This document shows, piece after piece, positions 1-12,300 of a stretch of 64,000 nucleotides of DNA. A program made the position numbers and the translations under genes. The first letter of the stretch is position 1; each line of letters opens with the position of its first letter. Origin of the DNA: Podarcis pityusensis (lineage: Eukaryota); the NCBI GenBank assembly GCA_964106645.2, contig OZ067040.1; one strand, given 5' to 3'. The notes beneath the pieces were generated by a model. It was not told where the DNA came from and ran no database searches. It worked only from the letters and a program-made list of their open reading frames with translations.

Positions 1-86
1 CTGTTCATGGAACTTCAGCTGGATCATCATGATGAAAAGGACAACTAGGAAGTTAACTTGTATTTTTAAATATATATGTATTCCAG

Positions 87-145
87 GAAGTTTGCAGTGT
101 CAACCAAAATTCCAGACACAAAGATGTGTCAGAAGTGTTGTGTGG
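87..145 (+). CDS. MAP4K3: MAP4K3 coding exon (CNH domain; KFAVSTKIPDTKMCQKCCV)
   Basis: ttccag acceptor, gtaagt donor; translation matches the vertebrate MAP4K3 CNH domain and keeps phase with the next exon. Confidence 0.9.
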
Positions 146-1036
146 GTAAGTAGAGATATTATCTAATATCAACGCATACGTACAAATTAGACATCTAATG
201 TAATTTGTACTTTGGATTACTTTGGCAATAAAATGGTTTGCTTGGAATTTAACATTGGATACCTTTTGGACCTCTCAAAACGCCTCTGTAGTATCTGGAT
301 GTTTCATCATTCTGTGAAATGTCACACAACAGTGGGGAATCGGCTTAGGGAGAGAAACACAGGAAGGTAGAAAAGAAAGGGGAAGGCAGTAGTCAAGGGG
401 GGTGGGGAGTCCTCTCTGCAGTTTCCTCTGTATTCCTCAAGTGTTAATGTGTGTAGGTGGCAACCGCAGGTCACAAAGGGAAGGGTGGAAAGAACAGCAA
501 AATGTGGGGAAATTAGGCTCTTTACTACAGTTCAACAGAGGTTGTTCATGTGACAGGTTGTGACTATTGTATAATTCTTGCAGTTAGTGAAAAACCTGGA
601 AAAATACAGTCTTTAAGTAAATGGCAGTATGTCTTCTGTATTTGCTAGCAGGATCCCATGTGAGCACTTTCAACTTTCAAGAGCTTACTCTGGACTTGAG
701 CCACTGGTTCTCATAGTCTGAAGCTTGAAATCCCTCACATGAAGAGAGAAAATGAGTCTCAAGCAGTCAAGCCCTACCAGATGCCTCATCTTAGCCAGGA
801 GCTTTTTCAGTAGTAGGATTATATGTGCCAGAAATGGGGAAATATTTGTGATAGTTCCATAGCTATCTGTATCTCACTGCCAAGCTTACTAAGGCTCGAG
901 ATTCTCCCCAGCTGGTGTACCAGGAAAGAAATCCATCAGAGCAGCATTGGTCTTTTGCAGATCACATCTCACACAGGACTCATCTACACTTTGCTTTACT
1001 GTGAAGGGTTTCTAAAAAATCATTTTTCTTTCTTAG

Positions 1037-1140
1037 TGAGGAATCCTTACTCGGGACACAAATACCTTTGTGGGGCCCTGCAGTCTAGTATCATTCTATT
1101 AGAGTGGGTTGAGCCAATGCAGAAATTCATGTTGATCAAG
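1037..1140 (+). CDS. MAP4K3: MAP4K3 coding exon ([35 protein letters not shown])
   Basis: cttag acceptor, gtaggt donor; peptide seen in ORF 823..1155. Confidence 0.95.
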
Positions 1141-2095
1141 GTAGGTTGCATTTGAAAAGTTATCCTGCTGTAAATATTACTCTCACAGCAGAAAATATTT
1201 TGTTGTATTCTATTAGCTTCCAGCCTGAAGAGTGAAAAGGATTCCTTATTGTTGTTGTTGTTGATTTGTCCACTTCTGTTCCACTTCTCTCAAAAACAAC
1301 ACAAAAACCAGGGGAGCCAATTAAGACCATAAGCGCCACCTTAAAAACAAAACACAATGATGAAATAAAATTAAAGCAGCTGTCTTTCTAAAAAGCAACC
1401 AGGAGATTCTTTGGAGCATCTTTTTGAGTAACTCATGCCAGACCCCAGGGCTGCAGCAGAAAAGACCCTGCAACTAACCACCGTTGAGATAATTTTAAGA
1501 TCTGGCACACTGATTTAAAGAGGTGGAGGGACTCTTGCAGATTTGGGAGGGGAACTTAATGCATTTCCTGGTATAAGATCAAGTGGCTTATAGCTATTGT
1601 AATGTTTAAAGGCTTCTCAGTATCCTTTGACTAGGATCAAAAAAGGCTTTGCTCTTAGTCAAAGGATATTGGCGCAGTGCTTCAGATAACTACAAGAAAC
1701 ACTTTTAGTAAGAATGGCAAAATCTGCATAAACCTTGTTTTAGTGATGCCTGTTTCACCTTTCTTAAAAGAGGCTTGAAGTCACCATACATTGATAAGCA
1801 CATTATTTTATCCTGTTATGATGTTGAAATAATAGTAGTGCTAAGTGTGACATTCCATCAGCACAATAATTTTTCCCTGGGCAACAGAACATCTCCCTTC
1901 ATATCCCCCCCCCAATCTGTTATGGGGGTTTCCCCAGTCCTCGGGAGCATATTGGGGGGTGGGGGTGGGGAGAAAGGAGGGCATCCACTTGTTTGTTACA
2001 CTTGTGCGTAGTTGAAGACCACCCAGTACTTTAATGGTATTATACAAATACCTCCATATCTATTTTGTGGCTAACCAGTTTACTTCTTAATGTAG

Positions 2096-2267
2096 CACAT
2101 AGACTTTCCTGTACCTTGTCCACTGAGATTGTTTGAGATGCTGGTGGTACCTGAGCAGGAATTCCCTCTGGTTTGTGTCGGTGTGAGTAAAGGGAAAGAC
2201 TTCAACCAGGTGGTGAAGTTTGAAACAGTCAACCCAAATTCTACCTCTTCATGGTTTACAGAAACAG
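2096..2267 (+). CDS. MAP4K3: MAP4K3 coding exon (HIDFPVPCPLRLFEMLVVPEQEFPLVCVGV...SSWFTET)
   Basis: tgtag acceptor, gtttgt donor; peptide seen in ORF 2129..2503. Confidence 0.95.
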
Positions 2268-2851
2268 GTTTGTGTATCTTTCGATTAGCTTTTCAAATAG
2301 TTAGCTGTCTAACAGAACCATTGCCATTAGCAGAACCATTACCAATTGCTACAGAGATTTTCTGTGAGGCCATGATGCAAAAGGTTAGCCATCGCTGCTA
2401 TAGGGATGTGATTCTGACTGGGTCACTGGGGGAGAAATTATTTAACTATTTTGTTTTAAACAGATTATATATAGTTCTAATTCCATCAATGGTTGCTTTT
2501 TAATTATTGTTTTTTTCTTCTTTTATCTGCAAGCCATCTTGAGTTTCGTCAGGCAGGGTATAAATAAATAGATAGATAGATAGATAGATAAATTTCATTC
2601 ATTCATTCATTCCCCCAATTGAGTCCCTGCTCCAGCGCCACCTTTTGTTGTCTAGGGAAGATTTATGAGGAGCCTTAAAGGCTCATTCACATAGTACCAA
2701 ACCAACCAGGATAATGGATTCCAAAAAGAAAAGAAAAATGCCCTGTACGGTGGCTTTTTTATACAAATAGAACAATTGAACTGGAGAGTGTTTGCCTTGA
2801 ATTAATATTTACACATGAATGTCAACTAATCTTGTTTTGGTATTTTGGCAG

Positions 2852-2920
2852 ATACTACACAGACAAACGTTGCGCATGTAACACAATTGGAGAGAGATAC
2901 CATTTTAGTCTGTTTGGATT
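2852..2920 (+). CDS. MAP4K3: MAP4K3 coding exon (DTTQTNVAHVTQLERDTILVCLD)
   Basis: ggcag acceptor, gtaagt donor; manual translation. Confidence 0.93.
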
Positions 2921-3008
2921 GTAAGTTACGTCATTGACCTAGACATACATATTCTAGTAACATTCATGATGTAAGGAAAGCTGCTGAATTATGGTGTCTG
3001 TTTTTCAG

Positions 3009-3101
3009 GCTGTATAAAAATTGTAAATTTGCAAGGCAGATTAAAATCTAGTCGGAAACTGTCCTCGGAACTCACATTCGATTTCCAGATCGAAACAATA
3101 G
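3009..3101 (+). CDS. MAP4K3: MAP4K3 coding exon (CIKIVNLQGRLKSSRKLSSELTFDFQIETI)
   Basis: ttcag acceptor, gtatgt donor; follows an 88-bp intron. Confidence 0.95.
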
Positions 3102-3701
3102 GTATGTAAAGTTTAGTCTTAAAACTTTATTAGCTAGTTAACTCCTTGGGTATTTCACAACGTGATGAAAACCTCATCATCATCATTATTAGGTTTGGAG
3201 GAGGCACAGTACCACAGACTATTCATTTTATGTATTTCTGAACAGTTGGGACAAATAATAAATTATCATTTTAAAAAGTTTTTTAAACTATTATTTTAAA
3301 ACAATGGAAGATCAAGAGCAAAGGCAAATATGTGACTGCAGCACTGTTTGCAAAAGTAGCTATTGGATAAAATCTCAATGTTTTTCAGAATTCTAACATT
3401 TAAATATCTCTAGAAACAAGTAAATGTTTTACAGTAGTATCGTGTACAGTAAATGATATCTGGAGTTTGCATTGATTTCCATTGTTAATTGCTGTGGGTT
3501 CTGATACCATCCTTAGGCAATTTCCCTTACTAACACTTGGAGTTAGTAATATTAAAAAAACCAAAAACCATTAGCTGAATGCCTTAATTTCTGTGTTAAC
3601 ATTAAATAGCTATTGGGGTGTTAAATGTGAGGTTTTTACTGTGTTATGGCCCCATAGATTCCCCCAGTCCCCTGGTTATTGTGGGTCTCTCCCCCCCAAC
3701 C

Positions 3702-3940
3702 CCATGGTGTAGTGGTTAAGAGCAGTGGACTCGTAATCTGGTGAACCAGGTTCGATTCCCCGCTCCTCCACTTGCAGCTGCTGGGTGACCTTGGGCTAGT
3801 CATACTTCTCTGAAGTCTCTCAGCCTCACTCACCTCACAGAGTGTTTGTTGTGGGGGAGGAAGGGAAAGGAGATTGTCAGCCGCTTTGAGACTCCTTAGG
3901 GTAGTGATAAAGCGGGATATCAAATCCAAACTCCTCCTCC
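3702..3940 (+). mobile_element. tRNA-derived squamate SINE (Squam3-like)
   Basis: A box TGGTGTAGTGGTT and B box GGTTCGATTCC; short (CTC)n tail; closely similar second copy at 5441. Confidence 0.8.
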
Positions 3941-4307
3941 TTTATTTTAAGAGGAATCTATTTTGTCACTTTGTGAGAGGACACCCAAGTCCTATTGAGA
4001 TCAGTCCTATTGAGTGAAATGTAAGCATGCAGGCACGTTCTTAAACCCAGTTCAGATCATGATCTAACCTTTCTAAGCCATGATTTAGATGAGAGGTGGA
4101 AGCTGGATCCAGCTGGTTGGCCAGATCCTTGGTTCCATCATTCCTAGTGTACTGTTTTGACAGGTAGGTGGGCTTCAGCAGTCCTACTGACTTCCCCATG
4201 GTGATGTCCTAGGGATGTTGACTGTGACTAATAGGTGGAACCTGTGCCAGTCCTAATTAACTCCATGGGCCGAGGTTCCTTGTTGTTGGCTTGGGTGACC
4301 ACAACTA

Positions 4308-4309
<2 letters not shown>

Positions 4310-4353
<44 letters not shown>
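4310..4353. repeat. (AAT)n microsatellite at an L2 3' tail
   Basis: direct inspection. Confidence 0.9.
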
Positions 4354-4356
<3 letters not shown>

Positions 4357-4620
4357 TTATACCCCACCCATCTGGTTGGGTTTCCCAGCTCCCAACAGAT
4401 TAAAAACAGAATAAAACATCAAACATTAGAAACTTCCCTAAACAGGGCTGCCTTCAGATGTCTTCTAAAAGTCAGATAGTTGTTTCTTTCCTTGACATCT
4501 GATGGGTGGGCATCTCACAGGGCGGGCGCCACCACCGAGAAGGCCCTCTGTCTGGTTCCCTGTAACCTCACTTCTCGCAGTGAGGAAACTGCCAGAAGGC
4601 CCTCGGAGCTGGACCTCAGT
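4354..4620 (-). mobile_element. L2 LINE 3' fragment
   Basis: resembles lizard L2 3' ends; homologous segment (accaccgagaaggcc...ggagctggac) recurs at 24668-24830. Confidence 0.6.
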
Positions 4621-4798
4621 TTCTGAGCCATGGAGAGATTCAGGCCCACATGCAAAAGGAGAGTGAAACCTTTTTGCTTTCAGCTAAAAACAACATTGTC
4701 CTGATACATATGAACTTGGGGAGTTGTCTGAACCAGGCCTTCAATTTTAGTTGGGCTTAGGCATGTTGAACTCTTTTTGGACTGCACCTATTCAGATA

Positions 4799-5024
4799 CA
4801 GTGGTACCTCAGGTTAAGTACTTAATTCATTTCGGAGGTCCGTACTTAACCTGAAACTGTTCTTAACCTGAAGCACCACTTTAGCTAATGGGGCCTCCTG
4901 CTGCTGCTGTGCCGCCAGAGCACAATTTCTGTTCTTATCCTGAAGCAAAGTTCTTAACCTGAAGCACTATTTCTGGGTTAGCGGAGTCTGTAACCTGAAG
5001 CGTATGTAACCTGAGGTACCACTG
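4799..5024. mobile_element. Tc1/mariner (Tigger-like) MITE
   Basis: TIR CAGTGGTACCTCAGGTTA...TAACCTGAGGTACCACTG flanked by TA; related copy at 40689. Confidence 0.88.
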
Positions 5025-5119
5025 TATGCATAGATTCAATGCAGTTTAGGTGTAAATAAGCATGTGCACTTGGCTGCAGTCTATAAAAAAAGCTAATTCA
5101 AATTGTCTTTTTCTTCCAG

Positions 5120-5190
5120 TTTGCCTACAAGATAGTGTTCTGGCTTTCTGGAAACATGGAATGCAAGGCAGGAGTTTTCGATCAAATGAG
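5120..5190 (+). CDS. MAP4K3: MAP4K3 coding exon ([24 protein letters not shown])
   Basis: tccag acceptor, gtaaat donor; peptide seen in ORF 5062..5274. Confidence 0.95.
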
Positions 5191-5440
5191 GTAAATATTG
5201 CAGGGTGGAATAAAAAAAAACGTTCTGTTCCTTTAAATTGCCTTGAAAGGCAAGATTGCTGTTTGTTTCCATAATTAATATTTCATTTTTTCCACATAAT
5301 TTCATAAAATTCAATGGTTTTTCTGTAAGTACTTGGGTTGCCCTGAAAGAAATGGCTAATGTATGGCACAGTAATCAGAAGAAGTTCTGGAAGTTCTGGT
5401 ACCTTGCTCAGCTTATCTGTAAACTCCTTGCATAAGGCAA

Positions 5441-5697
5441 GCCAGTGTGGTGTAGTGGTTAAGAGCGGTAGTCTCGTAATCTGGGGAACCGGGTTCGCGT
5501 CTCCGCTCCTCCACATGCAGCTGCTGGGTAACCTTGGGCCAGTCACACTTCTCTGAAGTCTCTCAGCCCCACTCACCTCACAGAGTGTTTGTTGTGGGGG
5601 AGGAAGGGAAAGGAGAATGTTAGCCGCTTTGAGACTCCTTTGGGTAGTGATAAAGCGGGATATCAAATCCAAATTCTTCTTCCTCTTCTTCTTCTTC
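5441..5697 (+). mobile_element. tRNA-derived squamate SINE (Squam3-like), second copy
   Basis: colinear with 3702-3940; (CTT)n tail. Confidence 0.82.
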
Positions 5698-6279
5698 CCT
5701 CATATCCCCTCTGCCATCTGAATAATAGAGAGGTATAATAAAGGGCATATTGTAAGAATTGCTTCAAGCTGTGTAAAACACTTGGAGCATGTAGATTTCT
5801 ACATAGCACTTGTCCTTTAGTAGTTCTACTAAAGAGGGGCACTCCTTAGCCGACTGATTTTTAAATTTGTCAGTGTCTTCAAACACTAGCTTCTAGTTAG
5901 AGTAAATTTATGTAAAGCTGCCAAAAGGAAGGATTGCAAATATATTCAAAACTCAATAAAATAAGACAGTGAAACCATCATAACTACAGGAGGGCAAAGG
6001 TGTATATCAGTCTTCTCCCTTTGTTCTCTAATGTGCCATTCTGCTGCCAAATCTCCTAACTGTTGAATCAGCTGTTGGTCCCACACAGGCCAGGAATTCC
6101 CTGATTGGTGGCTGCTTCTATGTCTCTCACAGCCCCAGCCTTGGTGACAGATGCAGGCGGTGCTGGGGGCAGGGCAGGGAGCAAAGATGTTAACATGCTA
6201 TCCTCTCAGTTTTGTCTTAAGCATTGATTATATCAGACACTTAAAACTCCACTAAGTATTTGTTTGGCTTTTCAAACAG

Positions 6280-6335
6280 ATCACACAGGAAATTTCTGAC
6301 AGTACAAGAATATTCAGACTCCTTGGCTCTGACAG
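6280..6335 (+). CDS. MAP4K3: MAP4K3 penultimate coding exon (ITQEISDSTRIFRLLGSDR)
   Basis: aacag acceptor, gtaaga donor; manual translation. Confidence 0.93.
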
Positions 6336-6530
6336 GTAAGATAACATATTGAACCAAGAGTGAAAACTGTTCAAGTGGGGAGGGAGTAGGGCCTGGTTTT
6401 GTTTTAAATTTCTTGTTTGTTTTTAACTTTCTGTGATTTTATTCTTTGGTTTTATGTTTTCATATTGTTAACTGCTGTGATTTATGTTTTATGATACAGC
6501 AGTGTGTATGTGCGTGTGTGTGTATTCATA

Positions 6531-6896
6531 GGACGTGGGTAGCACTGTGGTCTAAACCACTGAGCTTCTTGGTCAGCAGTTCAAAAGCCCATGATGGAGT
6601 GAGCTCCCACTGCTCTGTCCTAGCTCCTGCCAACCTAGCAGTTTGAAAGCACACCAGTGTAGGTAGATAAATAGATATCACTGCAGCGGGAAGGTAGACG
6701 GCATTTCCGTGCGCTCTGGTTTCCGTCAGGGTGTTCCATTGCGCCAGAAGTGATTTAGTCATTCTGGCTACATGACCCGGAAAACTGTCTGTGGACAAAC
6801 GCCGGCTCCCCCGGCCTGAAAGCTTGATGAGCACCACAACTCCATAGTCGCCTTTGACTGAACTTAACCGTCCAGGGGTCCTTTACATTTACCTTT
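6531..6896 (+). mobile_element. Sauria SINE
   Basis: typical body and (ACCTTT)n tail; TATTCATA on both flanks as a probable TSD. Confidence 0.82.
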
Positions 6897-7179
6897 ATAT
6901 ATATTCATAAATAAATACATTGACCATGCAGCTCAGGGCCAGCACCAGGGGTTAGCCTATTAGGACAACTGTTGAGGGGGCACTGCCCTAGAAAAGTAGT
7001 AAGAGCCACCAGCTACTCACTTTCTTGCCCTTTCCCTCTGGGCTATGAAAATTGGACCTGAGGTAACCAGTTCCCACCATCACCCAGAGGAAGAGGGTAG
7101 GGAGCGGCTGTGACGGCAGAGCTTTGCTGCCATTGCCATTTACACACTTGTAAATGGCAATTTACAATTTACACACTTG

Positions 7180-7790
7180 TGGGTGGCGCTGTGGATTAAA
7201 CCACAGAGCCTAGGACTTGCTGATCAGAAGGTCGGCAGTTCGAATCCCCTCGATGGGGTGAGCTCCCATTGCTCGTCCCTGCTCCTGCCAACCTAGCAGT
7301 TTGAAAGCACGTCGAAGTGCAAGTAGATACCGTATTTTTTGCTGTATAAGACTCACTTTTTCCCTCCTAAAAAGTAAGGGGAAATGTGTGTGCATCTTAT
7401 GGAGCGAATGCAGGCTGCGCAGCTATCACAGAAGCCAGAACAGCAAGAGGGATTGCTGCTTTCACTGCACAGCGATCCCTCTTGCTGTTCTGGCTTCTGA
7501 GATTCAGAATATTTTTTTTCTTGTTTTCCTCCTCTAAAAACTAGGTGCGTCTTGTGGTCTGGTGCGTCTTATAGAGCGAAAAATACGGTAAATAGGTACC
7601 GCTCCGGCGGGAAGTAAACAGCGTTTCCGTGCGCTGCTCTGGTTCGCCAGAAGCGGCTTAGTCATGCTGGCCACATGACCTGGAAGCTGTACGCCGGCTC
7701 CCTCGGCCAATAAAGCGAGATGAGCGCCGCAGCCCCAGAGTTGGTCACGACTGGACCTAACGGTCGGGGTCCCTTTACCTTTACCTTTTT
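7180..7790 (+). mobile_element. Sauria SINE interrupted by a MITE
   Basis: homologous to the 6531 copy; gcaagtagaTA/aataggtaccgct rejoins seamlessly when the insert is removed. Confidence 0.85.
7330..7588. mobile_element. Tc1/mariner-type MITE nested in the Sauria SINE
   Basis: TIR CCGTATTTTT...AAAAATACGG with TA duplication; same family as 27490-27968. Confidence 0.85.
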
Positions 7791-8044
7791 AAATGGCATT
7801 TACACACTTGTAAATGGCAAACCTCCAATCCACAGCCAATCATCGTTGTGGATTGGAGGTGGTGAAGCAGGTGCTGAGGAGAAGCCCTCCATCACAGGGT
7901 TTCTTGACGATGTGCTCTGCTCACCTCCCTCCTGCCAGGAGCCTAGCCCCAATTTGATTTATAAGTAGTAGATTAACGTATTACTTTTCTTCTTCTTCTT
8001 CTTCTTCTTCTTCTTCTACTCCACCCACCCTCCCCACCCTTCAG

Positions 8045-8132
8045 AGTTGTGGTACTGGAAAGCAGGCCAACAGACAACCCGACAGCCAACAGCAATCTAT
8101 ACATCTTAGCAGGCCATGAAAATAGTTACTGA
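8045..8132 (+). CDS. MAP4K3: MAP4K3 terminal coding exon ([28 protein letters not shown])
   Basis: ttcag acceptor after a (CTT)n pyrimidine tract; canonical MAP4K3 C-terminus; TGA at 8130-8132. Confidence 0.95.
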
Positions 8133-10090
8133 GAAGCAATATGCATGGAGATTGAATCATGAACAGAGAAACACTACTGCTTCAACACTTTTGGATGGCT
8201 GAAATTGCACAAAAGCTGCAGTACCCCCACTTCAGTTGCTTTGTAATTTATTGTGATGTATGGGAGAGTGAGTGAGAGCAAGAACTCTTGCCTGAATGAT
8301 ACGGACACGCTTAGCACATTAATACCACAAAAGTGCTTGATTCACCATTATGTAATCTTTGTACATATGCAGAATTTTTTTCCCCAGTGAAATGTATTGC
8401 TGAAAGCCTCTCTTGAGTTTATGTAGATAGTGGTCAAATGTCTTATCTGTATAAATGTAAAAAGGTTGCTGAGGACATAAAATTGCATTTGGGGTACTAT
8501 TTTAAGGACTCTTCAAGAATTGGATGCTAGCGATAAACACAGCACATTTAATAACACTATTGTATTTTATTATGTAATTTACTAATACAAATAAACCTTA
8601 CCTTTTTAGACATTGTAACCAAGACTGCAATCCTATTACGATCTTGTTTTTAATTATATGCAAGTACACTGGTGTTTTTGGTTGCACAAAGTATTAATAT
8701 GTGATGTATTTAGTCACAAACGTAAGCTGTGACATTGTGAATATGATTTGGGCGTTATAATTTTAGGAGTTTGGGGTAGTTTTCTTTGTGAAACCAGCCA
8801 GTTGAACACCTGTATTTTTATATTTAAGGAAAATTCTTTAATTATTTTCTGTGCTTGGGGGCGGGGGAGTGCATATTTTGGAATGGGAATAAATCCTGAA
8901 TAGTGGTACCTTGCCGTAATTCTAAATGTCTGCAATGGTAAAATTAGCATTATTATGAGTCTTTGTTAACCAGTGCTGCTCATATCATGCAAAAGAAACA
9001 GCAACAAATTACAGCATTCTACATCATGGAAGTGGTTGAAATACTTTGGGATGGATCCAAATAGCCACCTGCAAAAGTATCCTGTTCAGTACTTGCAAAA
9101 TATTCCTTAGCACTTGCATTAAGATGAAGGTGTGCATTTTCCTCATTAAGATGTTGATAACTGACTTGGAAGGACAGAACGAGTTAACATCCACACCGAA
9201 TTGCCAATGTACCCATTTGGAGCTGCGGAGCTGTTCTGCGGTTCTTATAGGATAACTTTGTACCATAGGATCCCATACCGGTTCCTAATTTCCTTACATG
9301 GTGGGATCTTGTAGGTTTTTCAAGCTCTGTTCCAGGGAACCCCAGAATCCCTTGGATGCTTCGCAGGGGGCTTCTCCCTGAGATGATCGGTAATAGTGGA
9401 AAGCATTCCTGAAGGACAGCATGCTTACCCCTACTGATTTTCCCCCTTGCCATGAGCAGTTGCAGAGTGTAAGATGGGCAGCACTAAGGCCCAGTCTGTG
9501 TGCCTAGCTAGCAGCCGTGTGTTCACTGAGTGTGCAACACATACAGTGCCCAAGAATCCTTTGCAAACATGCAGAGCTTCATCAGCGGACAAGCTGATTT
9601 CTCTCAAGGCAGGAAGCTTGAAATCTGCCATAAGAGGTTGCACATACAGAGTAGCTGTTCTGAATAGAAAAAAGTTGTTGAATGGAATAATTGTCTTAAT
9701 TTGGCCTGTTTGGGGCTTTTTTGCTTTTATTTTTTTTAATGGCCTTATTTTCACTTTTTTTTAATGTCTTAACACCCGGCCAAATGATTTAGTTACTACC
9801 TCACGCAAATGATTTAAATGGTTTTTATTACACATCACAGGAATTTTAGTTTTGAGGAAACCTATTTTAGATTTCCCCCCCCCAGTGCAGTATGTAAATG
9901 CCAAGTTTGAGAAAAATGCACATACTGGCGCTTTTTTTTTTTTTAATAAGTTCTTTATACTGTGATATAGACTAAGAACAAAACTACATTAAGAAGTGAT
10001 TTATGGTCTGTATTGATGTTGTTAATGCTTTTGAATATTTCATAATGTATATAATGTAAAATAAACTTTTTTTAACATGTTTGTTGTACA
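8133..10090 (+). promoter_or_regulatory. MAP4K3: MAP4K3 3'UTR with candidate polyA signals (AATAAA at 8590 and 10060)
   Basis: AT-rich sequence after the stop; AATAAA at 10060 is followed by U/GU-rich sequence; 3' end is inferred. Confidence 0.6.
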
Positions 10091-11444
10091 AGTGGATTAT
10101 CATCTGCACTAATTTTCTGATTGGGGAAAAGTTTTCTTAACTGAGATCAGTTTTGATTCCAATAAAAATGTAGAAAGAATAAAAATTAAGATGACTTTAG
10201 TTACTTTGACTTTTATATTACACTATATATAAAATAAATGTTAAGAACGCATTAATAAACACATTTGGGGAAGATTTAAGTTATAATTAACCAATAGCTT
10301 CTTAGTAAATCTTGAATTTACTTCCTTCTTTGAATACCTTCTTTTGATTCAAACAAAACTGGTTGTTTTTAATTTTATTTATTTATTTGATTTCAATATC
10401 ACCCTTCATCTTGAAGATAACAGGATGGCTTAAAATATAAAAACACAAAAATAATAATTATTATTTCTGAGAACCTCCATTATCCCCTGTGGGTTGAATC
10501 CGGAATGTCCCTTTTGTGAACAGAAGTTCTCCTTTTTGTAGAAGAGGCCCAAATTCGGTGGAGGTTCCCACAGGGGAGGGTCCAGCAACCTTCTGAAGCA
10601 GCTTTCCAAAGGGCTTCCAGGAGAGGAGGAATTGGTGAAAACTGCGCACACAAACACATTTCCTCCAGCCTATGTGGGTATAGAGGTTTTTGAACAAAAC
10701 TATTAAAGAATCCCTTGAGAAATGAATACCAGTTCATAATAACCAATCTTGCAATAATAATCAATTTGAGCAAATGTCCGCTATTAACTAGTACAGGGTG
10801 TGTGTTAACAATACTTGGATATTTCTGTGGCACCTACGCAATGCACAAATGTAATTTCCCCCTGTACTTATCACATTTTTTTAGCGTCTCATCCCCAAAA
10901 TTTTAAACCAGGATCTTGGAGGTGGTTCCAGTCAGATTTTCAGTATGCTTTGATTGCTCTTTCCAAACTGAACATAAAAGCAGAGTTTGTATAAGATGCA
11001 CAAGTAGTTTTGACTTACGGTATATCCAGAAGCGCACCTATTTCACGGCGCTAACGAAAGTTGCTTCACAATCAAAATGAAGCATAAACAGGCACTATGA
11101 AACCAAGCCACAGCAATTGCTGGTATTGCAGGTAACATATGCTAAACTCAAAGCTAAGGATTGGATATTCTGGAATAAACAGAACTTGCTCCCAAGACTT
11201 CAAAGGCCTCAAACTAGAAATGACAGCGCCACGAACTCTGCTGTATTTCTGTAAAGCAGAAAGGGAAAGCCAGTCCTGTTTCCAATGCCTTTCTCCTTGA
11301 AATTGCTTCTCCCTAGGAGAAACACACAGGGTTTCCAGTTACCCTGCTAGCCAGTATGTACACACTTCCCGAGTCTGAGCAGATCCCAGATGAAGATAGT
11401 GGAAAGACGTGACTGGCTTGCACCCCAGCCTACAAACTAGATCT

Positions 11445-12300
11445 TTGGCGATCACTCGTAGCTGAGTAAGATTATCTTCCATAAACACGGTTTTAACAAT
11501 GAGTCCATAAGTGACTGTGGAGGCCAATTCTGGATCCACACGTCCTTCCACAGTGGGGACATTGGTTTCCGGGCGGGAGTTGATCGCAGTGTGGATTTGC
11601 CAAGCGTTCCTTCCTCTTAGCACGTTTCTCCCTTGCGTCCTGAGTTTGAGTGTCTTCAAGGCCCATGACACCTTTGGTAAAGGCTGTTCTCCAACTGGAG
11701 CGTTCGCAGGCCAGTGTTTCCCAGTTGTCAGTGTTTATACTACATTTTTTTAGATTTGCCTTGAGACAGTCTTTAAACCTCTTTTGTTGACCACCAGCAT
11801 TATGCTTTCCATTTTTAAGTTCGGAATAGAGTAGTTGCTTTGGAAGACGATCATCAGGCATTCACACAACATGACCAGTCCAGCGAAGTTTATGTTGAAG
11901 AATCATTGCTTCAACACTGGTGATCTTTGCTTCTTCCAGTACACTGATATTAGTTCGCCTGTCTTCCCAAGTGATGTGTAAAATTTTTGAGAGACACCGT
12001 TGATGGAATCTTTTGAGAAGTTGGAGATGGCGTTTATAAGTGGTCCATGTTTCACAAGCATATAGTAAGGTTGGTAGTACAATAGCTTTGTAAACAAGCA
12101 TTTTGGTTTCCCTGCGAATGTCCCGGTCCTCAAACACTCTGCACTTCAATCGGGAGAAAGCCGCACTCGCAGAGCTCAGGCGATGCTGGATTTTGGCATC
12201 AACGTTGACCTTTGTGAAAAGATAACTGTGTAGGTAGAAGTGATTGACATTTTCCAATGTTACACCATTGAGTTGGATTTGTGGCGCTGCAGAGGGGTTA
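11445..12300 (-). mobile_element. RTE-clade LINE 3' fragment (decayed RT C-terminus)
   Basis: ORFs 11862..12257 and 11493..11861 are in frame, split by one stop; motifs LLYACETW, LRWTGHV.MPDDRLPKQLLYSEL and terminal CPHC...H..H. Confidence 0.9.

Noticed and set aside
3636-5672. Two paralogous minus-strand ORFs (MDLISRFITT...)
   Set aside because: They are antisense translations of two copies of the same SINE.
7138-7820. Repeated TTTACACACTTGTAAATGGCA units as a CRISPR-like array
   Set aside because: Vertebrate DNA; explained by a local tandem repeat plus target-site duplication of the Sauria SINE.
10430-10833. Minus-strand ORFs open in several frames downstream of MAP4K3
   Set aside because: No recognisable homology or convincing splice structure; cannot be assigned without a search.
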